This document shows, in pieces, positions 61,379-64,000 of a stretch of DNA of 64,000 bases. Origin of the DNA: Macrostomum hystrix (taxonomy: Eukaryota; Animalia; Platyhelminthes); NCBI GenBank assembly GCA_950097015.1, contig CATNEN010000001.1:17856001-17920000 (forward strand), read 5' to 3'. The notes beneath the pieces were generated by a model that saw nothing but the letters and a program-made list of their open reading frames with translations, was not told the DNA's origin and made no database searches. How positions within the stretch are numbered: the stretch's first letter is position 1; every line of letters begins with the position of its first letter. Position numbers and translations under genes: made by a program.

Positions 61379-63442
61379 ATTGGCGGGGGAATAAAAGGCA
61401 TTTAATCTCTAAAAGACGGGAGCAAAGGTGAAATAAATTGTTGGGAGCACCGGGACCAGACAAAGGGGTGATCAGAAAGCGGATCGGGGTTAGCAGAAGG
61501 TGAGACTAAAATGAAATACGCAATGAAATCTGTAGATTTGCAGCCTTTCGACAACAGAAAGCAAAGAGAACAATTTTATTCACCGATTTGATGCATTTTC
61601 AAGAACTTGTGGGATCAGCCATTTGGCTGCATTCTATACTTTTACGACTCAACCAAAATATAGGGCGACTGGTGTTTTGGAATAGGCGTTGAGCATATCG
61701 TCAGTTTGCAAAAACAGCTCACCCTCGTCCACATCTGCGCAGTCATTTTGAGAGCCCACTTGCTTAATCTGCTTAATCTGCTTAATCTGCTAATCACTGC
61801 TGAAATCTCACTGTACACTGTACACTGTCTGGCATTGCGGACTTGGGGATAATGGGAAAATAGGCTGATTGTCTGTCAGTAAGTGCTGCTGCTGTTGCTG
61901 TTGCATCATAGCAATAATTGCAATTATGATAATAATAATTGCAGGAGGGCTGCGGGCTGTGGCATGACACTTGGTGACACTAGACCCGCAGCCAGCGAGG
62001 AGGCATCTGACCTGACTTTCTCATCGTCAGGCAGTGTACACTCTCACTTGTGCCTTGGAGTTTGGCCCTCAACGGCGCGAATTGCAAGACAAGCCTTTGG
62101 CACTGCTCTGCCACTGACCCCCGGTCCACGGACTGAACAGCTGTGCACAGACTTTGTAATGGTTACTTTTTTCTGATTCTGTCTGATTCTCAGTTTCTCA
62201 CCTGTTCTCTGCCTAGCTCCATCTCTCCCGCCCCCGACCCGTAGGGCAGAACTCCGAGCAGTGGGATCAATACAGGATAGGGAGCTTTAGATAAGGCCCA
62301 CCCACGTAAGCTCAGCTCGGATTGTGTTAGGCCAGGCATGATAATCGTAATGATGGGATAAAAATCCTGGGATTATTTCCAACCAAATCCAGCAGCCTCC
62401 CACTGATTAGCTGGCAAAGCCGGCAGAACTGCTTCTAGGCTTATTAAGCTTTTTCTTCTCCCAATTTTATAATCCCATAATCACACAAAAGGGATTGGCC
62501 CGTTAGGGCTGTTTTTGGGGAGTTGGGTAAGTTACGAGATTATTATCGCGCATCGGGTTCAATAAAATAACAAAAAGATAAAATAGAAAGATATTGGAGC
62601 CAGTGTTATGTTACAGTGTTACAAGAAACACGAGAAATGTTACAAAAAATTCATTTGGTAAATTTTCGAATCAATCTTCTAAGTACGTGTGTTTCTAAAA
62701 ATAGACATTCGTTGAATGCGTACATTCGGCACTGTACATTCGGGGATGACTTTATTGGGTGATTCACTCACTTCCGCATAAAATGTACATTTATTTCTAA
62801 AAATAGATTTTAGTCGAATACGTAGATTCCGCACTGTACACTCAGGGATGACTTTGCTAAGTGACTCACTCTCTTTTTTCAGAAGATAAACATAGTTTTC
62901 TAAAAAATAACTTAGCGTATATATTTGCGAACTAAACGATAGTATTTCAGTTATTTACGTTTGCTTCTAAAAATACTTGTAGAATTACCAAAAATTTCTG
63001 AACACTTGATAAAAACGCAATGAAAATGTTTTTCAATCCAGCGAGCTTTTCTCGTGTACTTTTATGCTTGCGTGCGACTTAAAGAAATCCAGTAAATGTA
63101 CGAAAAATTCTCTTTCTTCTACTTGACACGCTTGTCACAATCCTTCTCATTTTTTTCAACTCTACTAAAAAACACGCCCACTAAATGCGACCAGGTGAGG
63201 TCAAAATCTTTGATTTATTTAAGTCGATAGGTCCCTCTCCCTGCCGTGCCTGCATGCTCCACCCATTCATTTTGCTTTCTCCGTGTCCCAACTAGAGCTT
63301 TTTAATTTGGCAAATTTCTTGTGGATTGCGAGAGGGTCGCAAGAGGCGTGTTTCGGCCGTTGGGGATCTCAGGGCGTGATTTATTAGCAGGGAGCGGCAG
63401 GATCCAGAGATAAATTTAATGAAATCCCTACTTTAATGAAGT

Positions 63443-63684
<242 letters not shown>

Positions 63685-64000
63685 GAATGATTTGAGTAAC
63701 TAAACGAGAATTGAGGAACACACAAGGCGGGGCGAGGTAGGCTGTATTCGCATCCGGAATGTACTTTTAGCTGGGCATTAATAAGCAAACATTTGACACC
63801 CGTGTATGCAGCAAAGACACACACGACCTGTGCCAGTTTTTCTACTAATATTCTACCTCAGTCTTTTTGATTTGCTTTGTGAAAGAAGCCACACACAAGC
63901 AGCCCAAACAAAAAAATTGCTCTTTTTGGCAGCATGATGCCCATTGTCTCATTTGGGGGAACAATGCCCCACTGACAAGATGGCAGATTGGTAGGCCACC

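Noticed and set aside
62693-63352. ~103-bp degenerate duplication and a short imperfect inverted repeat (63169-63352)
   Set aside because: Too degenerate and no TSD; no call possible.

Overview
Repeat-rich metazoan (eukaryotic) genomic DNA with GT-AG introns; the style (minisatellite-filled introns, GC-rich exons) is reminiscent of the flatworm Macrostomum, but that is an impression, not a determination. Confident genes: N-myristoyltransferase (5 exons, +), mitochondrial ATP synthase subunit c (single coding exon, +) and an ELOVL4-like elongase (4 exons, +). Less certain genes: a C8orf48/DUF4606-like single-exon ORF (-) and a 2-exon, possibly refilin-like gene (+). The most striking non-ORF feature is a tandem array of about 10 intact-looking and 4 decayed SNORD74/snR64-type box C/D snoRNAs (27.85-33.44 kb) hidden among minisatellites between NMT and the subunit c gene. 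A full-length 4.3 kb RTE-type LINE with a 13-bp TSD carries a candidate HDV-like ribozyme at its exact 5' end and a 2A-like NPGP motif. It is inserted in-frame into a BEN-domain ORF inside a CMC/EnSpm-like DNA transposon. Also present: a perfect heat-shock element with a TATA box at the left edge, a putative 9.4 kb CMC-like element, hAT- and MULE-type MITEs, a solo LTR and many mini/microsatellites, which account for most of the listed ORFs. All family assignments come from motif recall, not database searches.
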